From Pseudoclavibacter sp. (GTDB taxonomy: Bacteria; Actinomycetota; Actinomycetes; Actinomycetales; Microbacteriaceae), in contig JAUNLB010000001.1 of assembly GCA_030532485.1 (NCBI GenBank), forward strand, positions 1-61,874: a DNA stretch of 61,874 bases, given 5' to 3'. Every line of letters begins with the position of its first letter. The first letter of the stretch is position 1. The notes below the pieces were generated by a model. The model had not been told where the DNA came from. It saw only the letters and a list, made by a program, of their open reading frames with translations, and made no database searches. Positions 48,497 to 60,458 of the stretch are shown here, piece by piece. A program made the translations under genes and the position numbers.

Positions 48497-48943
48497 TCAG
48501 CGCTCCCCCTGACTTCCAACACTCCGGTATGCATTCACAGCTTGTCGGCGAGACTCCTTCAAATCTACTATCCGGGGCATATGGCGCGGGTTCCTCAGTG
48601 AAAGCCAGCGGTCGACGTAGTGGTCGCTCGAGTCGAAGGTGCGCCGCTGCACCTCGGGGTTGAAGACGCGGAGGTAGGGCGCCGCATCCGCCCCGCAACC
48701 GGCCGCCCACTGCCACTGAACGGGATTGCTGGCCTCGTCCGCATCAGCTCGACCATGCCCGCGTCCACCAGCGCGATGCCGGCCCGGCCCCGCCGCCCGG
48801 CACGCAGCAGTTCCCGGTCCTTGCGGAAGGGGAAGGCCTGGAAGCGGGGGCATCCTCACCGATGTTTGAAGAAGCCCGGCGGCCGCGAGCGCCTCGTGGT
48901 CGACCGGCCGCAGATCGTCCCGCAGCCACAGCAGCGTCGTCAT
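48497..48943 (-). pseudogene. phrB: Internally deleted DNA photolyase remnant
   Basis: N-terminal MTTLLWLRDDLR; middle FQAFPFRKD...LVDAGMVEL in a shifted frame; C-terminal DADEASN..WQWAAGCGADAAPYLRVFNP...IVDLKESRR. Confidence 0.8.
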
Positions 48944-49407
48944 CGCCCCTCCGCCCGCTCGGGCGGGAGGAGGACGGGATCCTCGCCCCGCTCCCGGAGT
49001 CCCGCCTCGCCCCGCCGGGCCAGCTCCGCGGCGACCCGGCCCGCCGCCGGCATCAGCTCCCGCCACCGCTCGCCGCCGACCGCGCGAGCCGCCTCGCTCG
49101 CTCGGACCCCGGCGCCGCCGCGATGCCCCAGCAGGGCCCGGACGACGGCTTCGAGCCGTTCCCGGCGTCCCCGCTCGCTCGGCTCCCACCACGGTTCGCC
49201 CCGTTCGCCGAGGACCACCTTGGCGTCGTGGACCCTCGGCCGGGCACGCGCCGGGTCGCTCCGCACCAGCCTGCGGGCGGCCATGAGTTCGGACACCAGC
49301 TCCGCCCGCAGCTCCTCCGGGATCGCGGGGTCGCTCGCACGCCAGCGCCTGCCGTTCACGACGATGTGACGCCCGTCGGGCGTCCGCTCCGCCCCCGTCC
49401 CCTTCAT
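48940..49407 (-). CDS. DUF3253-containing protein
   Basis: TPDGRHIVVNGRRWRASDPAIP...LGERGEPWW followed by SEAARAVGGERWRELM. Confidence 0.7.
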   Translation of the reverse strand: MKGTGAERTPDGRHIVVNGRRWRASDPAIPEELRAELVSELMAARRLVRSDPARARPRVHDAKVVLGERGEPWWEPSERGRRERLEAVVRALLGHRGGAGVRASEAARAVGGERWRELMPAAGRVAAELARRGEAGLRERGEDPVLLPPERAEGR

Positions 49408-49533
49408 GGCATCGGCTCCTCGGCTCCTGTGGCGGGCGGGCGCATGCATTGCCCGCGACCGGGCTCGGTTGTCGTTCCGGCCATGGTAGGCGCTCGACGG
49501 AGCTGCGGGGCCCCTCCCCGCGCCTCAGCGGAT

Positions 49534-49628
49534 CACGTCCCCCGAGCGGGCGGGGGCTCGCGGTCAGCGCGGCCTCAGTTTCTGCGCGCAGCAGCACGTC
49601 CCCCGAGCGGGCGGGGGCTCGCGGTCAG
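49534..49628. repeat. Exact 34-bp direct repeat, 61-bp period
   Basis: CACGTCCCCCGAGCGGGCGGGGGCTCGCGGTCAG at 49534-49567 and 49595-49628. Confidence 0.85.
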
Positions 49629-50162
49629 GGCGATCGCGTCCGCCGCCCCCTCCGGGGCCAGATGCATCGCGTCATTGTCGGCGGTGTGCTCCTGGGCCCG
49701 GGTGAACAGCCCGCCGAGGATCGGGACCTCCGAGATCATGGAGTCCGACAGGAGCCGCCAGGAGCTGCCGTGACCGGCCGCGATATGACCGATCTCGTGC
49801 GCGATCATCCAGCGCATCGCGTCCATTCGACCGTTCTCCCGGCACCCCGCGGAGAAGTCCGTGCCGATCGAGACGAATCTCCGCATCCCGTGATCGGCGC
49901 TCCGAGGGCTCTCGGCTTCGCCCTGCGAAGACCGATCGTGAAGACCATGCCGAGCGGCAACGGCAAGGCCAGGAGGGCTTCGATCACGATGCTCTCCTCG
50001 AGCAGCTCGAACGGGACGAGCAGCGGCACCGCTCCGGCGAGGAGGGTGGCGGCGACCGTGCAGAGCACGCCGAAGACGACGCCGGGGATCTCGGCGGGGT
50101 GACACAGCCGACGACGCAGGAGTCGAGGCGATGGACCGGCCCGCGTCCTCTTCCGGACGCAT
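49575..50162 (-). pseudogene. Frameshifted M48 (HtpX-like) zinc metallopeptidase remnant
   Basis: AHEIGHIAAGH and RAQEHTAD in one frame; N-terminal HPAEIP and TM segments in another frame. Confidence 0.7.
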
Positions 50163-50290
50163 GCGCTGATCCCCTTCCCCGCGGGCGCCGCCGGGCAGAT
50201 CGAGCCCGGTGCCGGCGGGGCGTCCCGCTCGCGCAGCTCGCGAACGCCGCGGCGAGCACAGCCGGAGGAGGCCGGATCGGCAGGCTTCGG

Positions 50291-50363
50291 TGGAGACGAG
50301 GGGAATCGAACCCCTAACCCCCTGCTTGCAAAGCAGGTGCTCTGCCAATTGAGCTACGTCCCC
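50291..50363 (-). tRNA. tRNA-Ala(TGC)
   Basis: GGGGACGTAGCTCAATTGG...TTTGCAA...GGTTCGATTCC...CTCCA. Confidence 0.97.
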
Positions 50364-50416
50364 GGGCTGCGTCCTCGTGATGTGGACGGACCGCGGTGTG
50401 TTCGATTTTGACGGAG

Positions 50417-50490
50417 TGGGGCTACCAGGACTTGAACCTGGGACCTCTTCGTTATCAGCGAAGCGCTCTAACCGCCTGAGCTATAGCCCC
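50417..50490 (-). tRNA. tRNA-Ile(GAT)
   Basis: GGGGCTATAGCTCAGGCGG...CTGATAA...GGTTCAAGTCC...CCCCA. Confidence 0.97.
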
Positions 50491-50692
50491 GGAGCGACAC
50501 CTCACTGTACACGACAGCCGCGCCTCGCGCGAGCCCGACGCGGGCGGGGTGTCGCTCCCCCTCCCGTCGGAGATCCCGATCTCGATCGGACGACGGACGA
50601 CACCGCGACGCGACGCGACGAAGCTGGGAACCGCGGGCAGGGCCCGTGCCGGGCCGCCGGAGGGGCGGCGTCATGACGCGGAGGGAAGCGCC

Positions 50693-51643
50693 TTGTCGAA
50701 CGATCTGCTGCCGTACGTCCTGCCGCACTATTCGATCGATTGGCTCAGCGAGGAGCCGACGACCAGCGAGCCGACGGAGATCCTCCGACAGATGGCGACC
50801 GTGGAGGACGCCGCGCTCGCCGGCCACGCGCCGTCCCAGGCCGTGCTGGTGCGCGAGCTGGTGCAGCGCCTGCACCAGGGACTGGTCCGGGCGCTGCGCG
50901 CCCGCGCGCGGTCCGCCTCGTCCGGCCCCGCAGCCCCGCCGGCTCGGCGGCGGAGGGTCCTGTCCTGCCTGGCCACGCTGTGCTCGTTCCTCGCCCTCGC
51001 CTTCCCCGTCGTCGGGCTCTCCGAGGTGCTCGGCGGCCGGGCGACGATCGTGCTCCCGTTCTGCGCGGCGATCGCCGCCGTCGGGGCGGTGGCCGCCCTG
51101 TGCGGCTGGTCCGCGCGAGTCCGGGCCGGCGCGCCCGAGGACCTGCGAAAGGTGTTCGCGCGCGGATTCGTGCTGACCGGGCTCGCGGCCGCCCTGATGG
51201 TCCCGATCGAGATCGGGCCCGGGCGATTCGACGGCTGGCCGCTGATCGCGATCGTCGTCACCGCCAGCTGCACCCACATCGTCCTCTACGCCCTCGAGCG
51301 GCGCCGGCTCGCGGCCGAGGCGCCGCAGGACCCGTCCGCACAGGGTCCGTCGGAACTCGTCCACCGGGCCCAGGAGGAACTGGACGGGATCTTCGCCTCG
51401 CTGCCGGAGGCCACGCGCGAGGCCTGCCGGGAGGACCGGGACGAGGGGCTGCGGGAGCTGAGGCGGCGAGGCACCTTCGCCGAGTTCACGCAGCCGGAAC
51501 TGCTCGGCGGAGCCCTGGCCGGCTCTCTTCCCTTCGGTCGCCTGCTCGTGGACTACGCCGTGTTCTGCGCGGAGCAGCAGGCCGAACAGCCCCGTCTGGA
51601 GGAGGGGGCCGTCGAGTGCGCGGAGGAGCTCAGCCGTTCGTGA
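50693..51643 (+). CDS. Hypothetical 4-TM membrane protein
   Basis: TTG start after GGAGGG; four hydrophobic segments; GC3-biased codons. Confidence 0.65.
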   Translation: MSNDLLPYVLPHYSIDWLSEEPTTSEPTEILRQMATVEDAALAGHAPSQAVLVRELVQRLHQGLVRALRARARSASSGPAAPPARRRRVLSCLATLCSFLALAFPVVGLSEVLGGRATIVLPFCAAIAAVGAVAALCGWSARVRAGAPEDLRKVFARGFVLTGLAAALMVPIEIGPGRFDGWPLIAIVVTASCTHIVLYALERRRLAAEAPQDPSAQGPSELVHRAQEELDGIFASLPEATREACREDRDEGLRELRRRGTFAEFTQPELLGGALAGSLPFGRLLVDYAVFCAEQQAEQPRLEEGAVECAEELSRS

Positions 51644-52040
51644 AGCCGAAGACCAGGCCGCCGGTGATCCGCACCGAGAGGTTGTAGAGGAAGGCGCCGA
51701 CCGCGGCGAGCGCCGTCCCGGCCACGCAGTTGAGGGCCGAGGCGACGAGGGTGAAGCCCATGAGCGGGGCGAAGCTGACGAAACTGCTCACGCTGACCTG
51801 ATCGGCCTCGCCGCTCACGTCGTTCAGCAGGCTGTTCACCGAGCCGAACACGCCGGTCTGCTCCAGCACCGTCCACAGCAGTGCGACCGCGATGAGCGAG
51901 ACGACGATGCCGCACAGGCCGATGAGGAAGGTCAGCTTCACGATCGACCAGAAGTCGACGTGGACGAGCCGCAGCCGGACCTGCTTGCTCACCGTGTGAC
52001 GGGCGGACTTCTGAGCGAGTTTGTCGGCGACGCTCGTCAT
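51630..52040 (-). CDS. DUF3566 membrane protein
   Basis: VRLRLVHVDFWSIVK...AFLYNLSVRITGG; canonical gene after gyrA. Confidence 0.9.
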   Translation of the reverse strand: MTSVADKLAQKSARHTVSKQVRLRLVHVDFWSIVKLTFLIGLCGIVVSLIAVALLWTVLEQTGVFGSVNSLLNDVSGEADQVSVSSFVSFAPLMGFTLVASALNCVAGTALAAVGAFLYNLSVRITGGLVFGFTNG

Positions 52041-52052
52041 GGATCACAACCT

Positions 52053-54752
52053 CTATAGCTCTGGGGCGTGCGTTTCGGAAGCTGCATGAGAGTCTGGCAC
52101 ACTCTGCCGCACCCCGCCGGAGGCCGTGTCCCCGCCCGGCTCCGCGCCTTCGTTCTCGGGGTCCTCCTGATCAGGGGATTCCTCGTCCTCAGGGTGGTCG
52201 CCGAGGTCTCGTTCGCTGTTCTTGGCGATGGCGATGACGTAGTCCCCGCCGCCCGGCCGGGCGAAGGTCACCCCCATCGAGTCGCGGCCGGTGACCGAGA
52301 CCTCCGAGACGAAGGAGCGCACGACCTTGCCGCTGGCCAGGATGACGAGCACCTCGTCGCCCTCCTCCACCAGCAGCGCGCCGGCCAGGCCCCCGCGCTC
52401 CCGGCTGAGCTTGGCGACCTTGATGCCCAGGCCTCCCCGGCCCTGTACGCGGTACTGCGAGATCGCGGTCCGCTTCGCGTAGCCGCCCTCGGTGACGACG
52501 AAGGCGTAGCCGGCGGAGTCGTCCCGCACGACACGGGCGGTCAGCAGGTGGTCGCCCTCTCGGAAGGACATGCCCTTCACCCCGGAGGTGGAGCGGCCCA
52601 TGGGCCGCAGCGCCTCGTCGTTCGCCTGGAAACGGAGCGACATCCCGGCCTTGGAGACCAGGAAGACGTCGTCCTCCGCGTTCGCGAGCATCGCGGACAC
52701 CAGCTCGTCGCCCTCCCGCAGCCGGATCGCGATGACCCCGGCCTGCCGGTTCGTGTCGTACTCGGTCAGTGCGGTCTTCTTGACCAGCCCCTGCCGCGTC
52801 GCGAGCACGAGGTACTGCGCCTGCCGGTAGTCCTCGATATCCATGATCTGGGCGATCTGCTCGTCCGGTTGCATGGGCAGGAGATTCGCGACGTGCTGTC
52901 CCTTCGCGTCCCGGCCGGCCTCCATGAGCTCGTAGGCCTTGGCCCGGTAGACCCGGCCCAGGTTCGTGAAGAACAGCAGCCAGTGGTGGGTCGTGGTGAC
53001 GAAGAAGTGGTCCACGATGTCGTCCGCCCGCAGCTGCGCGCCCTTGATGCCCTTGCCGCCCCGGTGCTGGGACCGGTAGTTGTCGCTCCGGGTGCGCTTG
53101 ACGTAGCCGTCCCGGGTGACGGTCACCACGATCTCCTCCTCGGGGATCAGGTCCTCGTTCGTCATCCCCCCGTCGAAGCCGGCGAGGATCTCGGTGCGGC
53201 GCTCGTCGCCGTGCCTGGCGACGATCTCCCGCAGCTCCTCGGCGACGATCTCCCGCTGCCTGGCCGGGGTGGCGAGGATCGCCTCGTACTCGGCGATGAG
53301 CCGCTCCAGCCGCTCGGCCTCCTCCATGATCTTCTGCCGCTCCAGGGCGGCCAGGCGGCGCAGCTGCAGATTGAGGATCGCCGAGGCCTGCACCTCGTCC
53401 ACCTCCAGCAGCTCCATCAGGCCGACCCGGGCCTCCTCCACCGTCGGAGAGCGGCGGATGAGCGCGATCACCTCGTCCAGCATGTCCAGGGCCTTGAGGT
53501 AGCCGCGCAGGATGTGCACCTCGTCCAGCGCCTTGCGCAGGCGGAAGCGGGTGCGCCGGACGATGACCTCGATCTGGTGGTCCGCCCAGGCCGAGACGAA
53601 GCCGTCGAGCGAGAGGGTGCGCGGCACCCCGTCGACGATCGCCAGCATGTTGGCGCCGAAGCTCTCCTGCAGCTGGGTGTGCTTGTACAGGTTGTTCAGC
53701 ACGACCTTCGCGACCGCGTCCCGCTTGAGCACGACGACCAGCCGCTGCCCGGTCCGCCCGGAGGTCTCGTCGCGGATGTCCGCGATCCCCTGCACCCGGC
53801 CCTCCTTGACCAGATCGGCGATCTTGAGCGCGAGGTTGTCCGGGTTCACCTGGTACGGCAGCTCGGTGATCACCAGACAGGTGCGGCCGTGGATCTCCTC
53901 GATCGACACGACGGCCCGCATCGTGATCGAGCCCCGGCCGGTCCGATAGGCGTCCTGGATGCCCCTGGTGCCGAGCACCTGCGCGCCCGTGGGGAAGTCC
54001 GGTCCCTTGATCCGCTGGATCAGGGCCTCCAACAGCTCCTCCCGGGAGGCCTCCGGGTGCTCCAGGTGCCACAGGGCGCCCTCGGCGACCTCCCGCATGT
54101 TGTGCGGCGGGATGTTCGTGGCCATGCCGACCGCGATGCCGACCGATCCGTTCACCAGCAGGTTCGGGAACCTGCTGGGCAGCACGGTCGGCTCCTGGGT
54201 GCGCCCGTCGTAGTTCTCCACGAAGTCGACGGTGTCCTCGTCGATGTCCCGAACCATCTCCATCGCCAGGGGCGACATCTTCGTCTCGGTGTACCGGGGT
54301 GCGGCGGCGCCGTCGTTGCCGGGCGAGCCGAAGTTGCCCTGACCCAGGGCGAGGGGGTAGCGCATGCTCCAGGGCTGCACGAGGCGCACGAGCGCGTCGT
54401 AGATGGGCGCGTCGCCGTGCGGATGGAACTGCCCCATGACGTCGCCGACGATGCGCGTGCACTTGGAGAAGGCCTTGTCCGGCCGGTAGCCGCCGTCGTA
54501 CATGCCGTAGATGACGCGGCGGTGGACGGGCTTGAGCCCGTCCCGGACCTCCGGCAGGGCGCGCCCGACGATGACGCTCATCGCGTAGTCGAGATAGGAG
54601 CGCTGCATCTCCAGCCGCAGATCGACCTGTTCGACCCGGTCCCCGGTCGCACCCTCCGGCCGATCGTCGTTCTCCGTCACGATCCCCGCCTCGGCGGCGG
54701 TGTCGAAGAGCTCGCCGTCGCCGGTCGCCTCGCCGTTCTCAGAGTCCGTCAT
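52053..54752 (-). CDS. gyrA: DNA gyrase subunit A
   Basis: [22 protein letters not shown], GyrA box QHRGGKG. Confidence 0.98.
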   Translation of the reverse strand: MTDSENGEATGDGELFDTAAEAGIVTENDDRPEGATGDRVEQVDLRLEMQRSYLDYAMSVIVGRALPEVRDGLKPVHRRVIYGMYDGGYRPDKAFSKCTRIVGDVMGQFHPHGDAPIYDALVRLVQPWSMRYPLALGQGNFGSPGNDGAAAPRYTETKMSPLAMEMVRDIDEDTVDFVENYDGRTQEPTVLPSRFPNLLVNGSVGIAVGMATNIPPHNMREVAEGALWHLEHPEASREELLEALIQRIKGPDFPTGAQVLGTRGIQDAYRTGRGSITMRAVVSIEEIHGRTCLVITELPYQVNPDNLALKIADLVKEGRVQGIADIRDETSGRTGQRLVVVLKRDAVAKVVLNNLYKHTQLQESFGANMLAIVDGVPRTLSLDGFVSAWADHQIEVIVRRTRFRLRKALDEVHILRGYLKALDMLDEVIALIRRSPTVEEARVGLMELLEVDEVQASAILNLQLRRLAALERQKIMEEAERLERLIAEYEAILATPARQREIVAEELREIVARHGDERRTEILAGFDGGMTNEDLIPEEEIVVTVTRDGYVKRTRSDNYRSQHRGGKGIKGAQLRADDIVDHFFVTTTHHWLLFFTNLGRVYRAKAYELMEAGRDAKGQHVANLLPMQPDEQIAQIMDIEDYRQAQYLVLATRQGLVKKTALTEYDTNRQAGVIAIRLREGDELVSAMLANAEDDVFLVSKAGMSLRFQANDEALRPMGRSTSGVKGMSFREGDHLLTARVVRDDSAGYAFVVTEGGYAKRTAISQYRVQGRGGLGIKVAKLSRERGGLAGALLVEEGDEVLVILASGKVVRSFVSEVSVTGRDSMGVTFARPGGGDYVIAIAKNSERDLGDHPEDEESPDQEDPENEGAEPGGDTASGGVRQSVPDSHAASETHAPEL

Positions 54753-54803
54753 CACTCAATCCCGATTCCTGTGGTTCGTGCGATTCGTCTGGAGCCGAAC
54801 GGC

Positions 54804-57023
<2,220 letters not shown>

Positions 57024-57102
57024 CTATCAAGCGCGAGCACCCGAACGCCCATGACGCGGCCTCTGACGCGACCGCGGGGAGCGGGGAGTGGTATTTGCCC
57101 CT

Positions 57103-57606
57103 TCAGCCGTAGGTATCGCGCGGACCACGCCCTGGAACCGATCTGCGGCCGTGTTTCCAGGAAGGGACGCCCGGGTTCAGGAATCTGACGTCCTCGACCC
57201 CGGCGTCCGGGTGGTCCCGGGCGATCCGCCGGAGGATGTCCCGGCGAAGGCCCCGCAGCTGGGTCGCCCAGGCGGTCGAGTCGCACTGCACGACCAGGCA
57301 TCCCTCGTCCACGTGCAGCGCCCGGGAGTGCTGCGCCGTCTCCTCGCCGGCGACGCCCGACCAGGAGCGCACCAGCTCCGCCTGGGCGATCGGGACGCTC
57401 CAGCCGAAGTCCCGGGCGAGCGCGCGGAACACCTCGCCGGCCGCGCGGGGATCGCGCCCCGTACCGAAGGGCCGGCTCGACTCCTCGTCCTCCTCCGATC
57501 CGGTCGAGGCCTCGGCCCGCCGCCGTTCCATGCGGGCCAGATAGGAGCTGCGCCGGGCGCCGAACAGACGCCTGCAGTGCTCGTAGTAGCGAATCGACTC
57601 GTTCAT
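57103..57606 (-). CDS. DUF721/DciA-family protein
   Basis: CDSTAWATQL...VPGRGPRDTYG; between recF and gyrB. Confidence 0.9.
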   Translation of the reverse strand: MNESIRYYEHCRRLFGARRSSYLARMERRRAEASTGSEEDEESSRPFGTGRDPRAAGEVFRALARDFGWSVPIAQAELVRSWSGVAGEETAQHSRALHVDEGCLVVQCDSTAWATQLRGLRRDILRRIARDHPDAGVEDVRFLNPGVPSWKHGRRSVPGRGPRDTYG

Positions 57607-58775
57607 CGGCTCCCCCCGTCGTCCGGGAGCACGCGCCCGGCCTCGATGCGCGTGGGCGAAGCCCGCAGGGGGCCGGGCACGTCCTCCAGCACGGCGGCCG
57701 TGATCAGGATCTGCTCGACGCCCTGGATCGCGTCCCCCAGCCGCTTGCGCCGTTCGCCGTCCAGTTCCGCGAAGACGTCGTCGAGGATGAGCACGGGGTC
57801 GCCCGCGAGCGAGACCTCGCGCAGCAGTTCCAGCGCGGCGAGCTTGAGCGCGAGTGCATAGCTCCACGATTCGCCGTGACTGGCGGTGCTGCGCGCCGGC
57901 AGTCCGTTGAGCATGAGCACCGCATCGTCCCGGTGCGGGCCGACGAGGGTCTGCCCGCGCTCGATCTCCCGCTCCCGCAGCGCCAGCAGCCGCTCGGCGA
58001 ACCGCGTCCTCAGCTCTTCGAAGGCGATGCTGCCGCCGGGCACCCGGGTTCCGTCCTCGTCGCCCGCCTCGGTCCCGGGCTCGGAGAGCGCGGAGACCCG
58101 CAGACGCACGAGGGCCTCCTGCTCCCGGCCCGCGAGGGCCGTGTAGGCGCGGGCCAGGGGGTCGGCCATGCGGGACACGAGCGCGGCGCGCTCGGCGATG
58201 ATCTCGGTGCCCAGGGCCACCAGCCGCTCGTCCCACACCTCCAGGGACGGCGAGCCCGCCGCACCGCTGCGCCGCAGATGGCGCAGCACGCTGTTGCGCT
58301 GGCGCAGGACCCGCTCGTAGTCGGCCACGACGGCGCCCAGCCGAGGCGAGCGGGTCCCCAGCAGCCGGTCCAGGTGCTCGCGCCGCTGTGCGGGCTCGCC
58401 CCGGACGAGCGCGAGGTCCTCCGGAGCGAAGAGCACCGTGGCCACGTAGCGGCTCAGCTCTCGACCCCGCACCCGGCGTCCGCTCACCGTCGCGAGATTC
58501 GCGCCGCTGCGCCGGATCCGCACCTCCAGCTCGACCCGGCGCGAGCCGTGGACGAGCTCCCCCTGCACGAGGGCCTGCTCGCAACCGGCCCGGACCAGTG
58601 CGGCGTCGCTGGAGACGCGGTGCGAGGCGAGCGTGGCCAGGCAGCCCACCGCTTCCACGAGATTCGTCTTGCCCTGTCCGTTCGCCCCGAGCAGCAGTTG
58701 CGGACCGGTGCCCAGGCCCAGCTCGGCGTGCTCGTAGTTCCGGAAGTCGCGCAGCCGCAGTCGCGTCAGGTGCAC
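57603..58775 (-). CDS. recF: DNA replication/repair protein RecF
   Basis: GANGQGKTNL, GPHRDD, ASHGE, LILDDVFAELD. Confidence 0.96.
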   Translation of the reverse strand: MHLTRLRLRDFRNYEHAELGLGTGPQLLLGANGQGKTNLVEAVGCLATLASHRVSSDAALVRAGCEQALVQGELVHGSRRVELEVRIRRSGANLATVSGRRVRGRELSRYVATVLFAPEDLALVRGEPAQRREHLDRLLGTRSPRLGAVVADYERVLRQRNSVLRHLRRSGAAGSPSLEVWDERLVALGTEIIAERAALVSRMADPLARAYTALAGREQEALVRLRVSALSEPGTEAGDEDGTRVPGGSIAFEELRTRFAERLLALREREIERGQTLVGPHRDDAVLMLNGLPARSTASHGESWSYALALKLAALELLREVSLAGDPVLILDDVFAELDGERRKRLGDAIQGVEQILITAAVLEDVPGPLRASPTRIEAGRVLPDDGGSR

Positions 58776-58779
58776 CGCG

Positions 58780-59919
58780 CTATCGCATGAGGAGGTTCGG
58801 CTGCAGCAGGTAGCGGTAGTCGACGCTTTCGCCCTCGTCCCGGGAGGTCTGGGCGGTGAGCAGCACCGGTCCGGGCTTGCCGGGGGTGTCGTTGGAGGTG
58901 AAGGCGATGCGGACGAACTCCGCGTGCAGCGCCCCCACGCCGTCCAGCAGGAACTGCGGTTTGAGCGAGACGACGATGTCCTCGCCGTTGAGCACCGAAT
59001 CGATCTGCTCGGAAGCCTGGGCGTGCTCGCTGCCGAGCGCCTCCAGCTCCACGCCCTCCGGCCCGAAGGAGAAGCGCAGCGCGGCCTCCCGGTCCAGCAC
59101 CAGCTGCACCCGGCGCACCGCGTCCATCACATCGGAGACGGACAGCACGCTGTAGTGCGGCGTCTCGCTCGGGAACAGCCGGGAGACCGGCGGGAAGGAG
59201 CCCTTGATGAGCAGCGAAGTGACCGTCTTGCCGCCCGCGGTGAAGGCGATGAGCTCGCTCTCGCCCTGCTGGACGACGGTGAGGGTGATGGCGCCGGCCG
59301 AACCCAGGGACTTGCCGACCTCGGCCAGGGTGCGGGCGGGCACCAGCACGCTGCGGGTCTCCTCGACGTCCGAACGCCACGGCAGCTCCCGCACGGCCAC
59401 CCGGTACCGGTCCGTGGCCACGAGCGTGAGCCGCTCGGGGGCGAGTGTGATGTTGACCCCGGTGATGACCGGCGCGACGTCCTCGCGGGAGGCCGCCACG
59501 ACCACCTGCGAGACCGCCTCGGCGAAGTCCTGGCCGGGGACGGTGCCGGAGCTGCCGCTCACCTCGGGCAGGGAGGGGAACTCCTCGATGGGCATGGTCG
59601 GCAGGTGGAAGCTCGCCTGGCCGCAGCGGATCACGACGCCCGCGTCGTCGTGTTCGACCTCGACGGGGGCCTGGGGCAGGCGGTTCGCGATGTCACCCAG
59701 GATGCGGCCCTGGACGAGGACCGCGCCGGGGGTCTCCACATCGGCATCTACACGAGTCCTACTCGAGACTTCATAGTCGAAGGAGGAGAGCGAGAGGCCC
59801 CCGTCGGCGGCGTCGCGGACGACGCCGGAGAGGATCGGCTGGGTCGGACGGGCCGGCAGCAGCTTGACGACGAACGACACGGCATCGCTGAAGAGGTCGC
59901 GATTGACCACGAATTTCAC
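58780..59919 (-). CDS. dnaN: DNA polymerase III beta clamp
   Basis: SFDYEVS, VATDRYR, C-terminal YLLQP. Confidence 0.96.
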   Translation of the reverse strand: MKFVVNRDLFSDAVSFVVKLLPARPTQPILSGVVRDAADGGLSLSSFDYEVSSRTRVDADVETPGAVLVQGRILGDIANRLPQAPVEVEHDDAGVVIRCGQASFHLPTMPIEEFPSLPEVSGSSGTVPGQDFAEAVSQVVVAASREDVAPVITGVNITLAPERLTLVATDRYRVAVRELPWRSDVEETRSVLVPARTLAEVGKSLGSAGAITLTVVQQGESELIAFTAGGKTVTSLLIKGSFPPVSRLFPSETPHYSVLSVSDVMDAVRRVQLVLDREAALRFSFGPEGVELEALGSEHAQASEQIDSVLNGEDIVVSLKPQFLLDGVGALHAEFVRIAFTSNDTPGKPGPVLLTAQTSRDEGESVDYRYLLQPNLLMR

Positions 59920-59959
59920 GGAAGATCCTCTCGACGGACGTTGCCCTCATGGTAACCGT

Positions 59960-60458
59960 GCCCGTTCGTGCGACGGCTGCGACTCCGCGAGCGCCCGGGC
60001 GGGCCGTAGGGCCTCCGCTTCCCTCCATCGAGGCGAGCGCCGGATCCGCGGGCGTCGGGCGGGCCGCGGGGCTTCAGCGTAGCGGCTCCTGAGGCCGAAG
60101 GGAACCGACCTCGACTCATCGTTGTGGAGGCCCGTCCGAAGAGTTTGCTTTCTTGATCATGATCATAACCGCTGTGGAAACTGTGGACAGATGCGCTGTC
60201 GCCCGTCCTCGTGCGGATCCCGCTCCATCGGCCCTGTGGAGGAACGGTGGAGATCCTGTCACCACTCGAGCCCCCCGCTGTGGAGAAACCGGAATCCTCC
60301 ACAGCGGACTCTGCGTTCTCCACGGCCCCCTTCCGCGTGTTCCCCGGTTTCTCCACAGTGTTCTCCACAGGCTTCGAGGGGTCGAGACGCACCGCAGCGG
60401 CTGGGGGCGCGGTGCTGCGGAGCGCGGCCCGAACTCCTGCGAGCGGGCGCGGGACCGT
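59960..60458. other. Chromosomal replication origin oriC
   Basis: dnaA-dnaN intergenic region. DnaA boxes at 60123, 60173, 60182, 60235, 60279, 60295, 60316, 60349 and 60361. AT-rich unwinding element with trio-like TATGATCATGATCAA (about 60141-60168) adjacent to tandem boxes. Confidence 0.9.

Noticed and set aside
49534-49628. Mini CRISPR array (61-bp period, CCCCCG...CGGGGG hairpin resembling type I-E repeats)
   Set aside because: Only two copies, a 27-bp spacer, no cas genes or leader, and the repeat is in frame with the tail of the M48 remnant. A local duplication explains it better.
58776-58779. Absence of gnd between dnaN and recF
   Set aside because: This is variable among actinobacteria and not notable.
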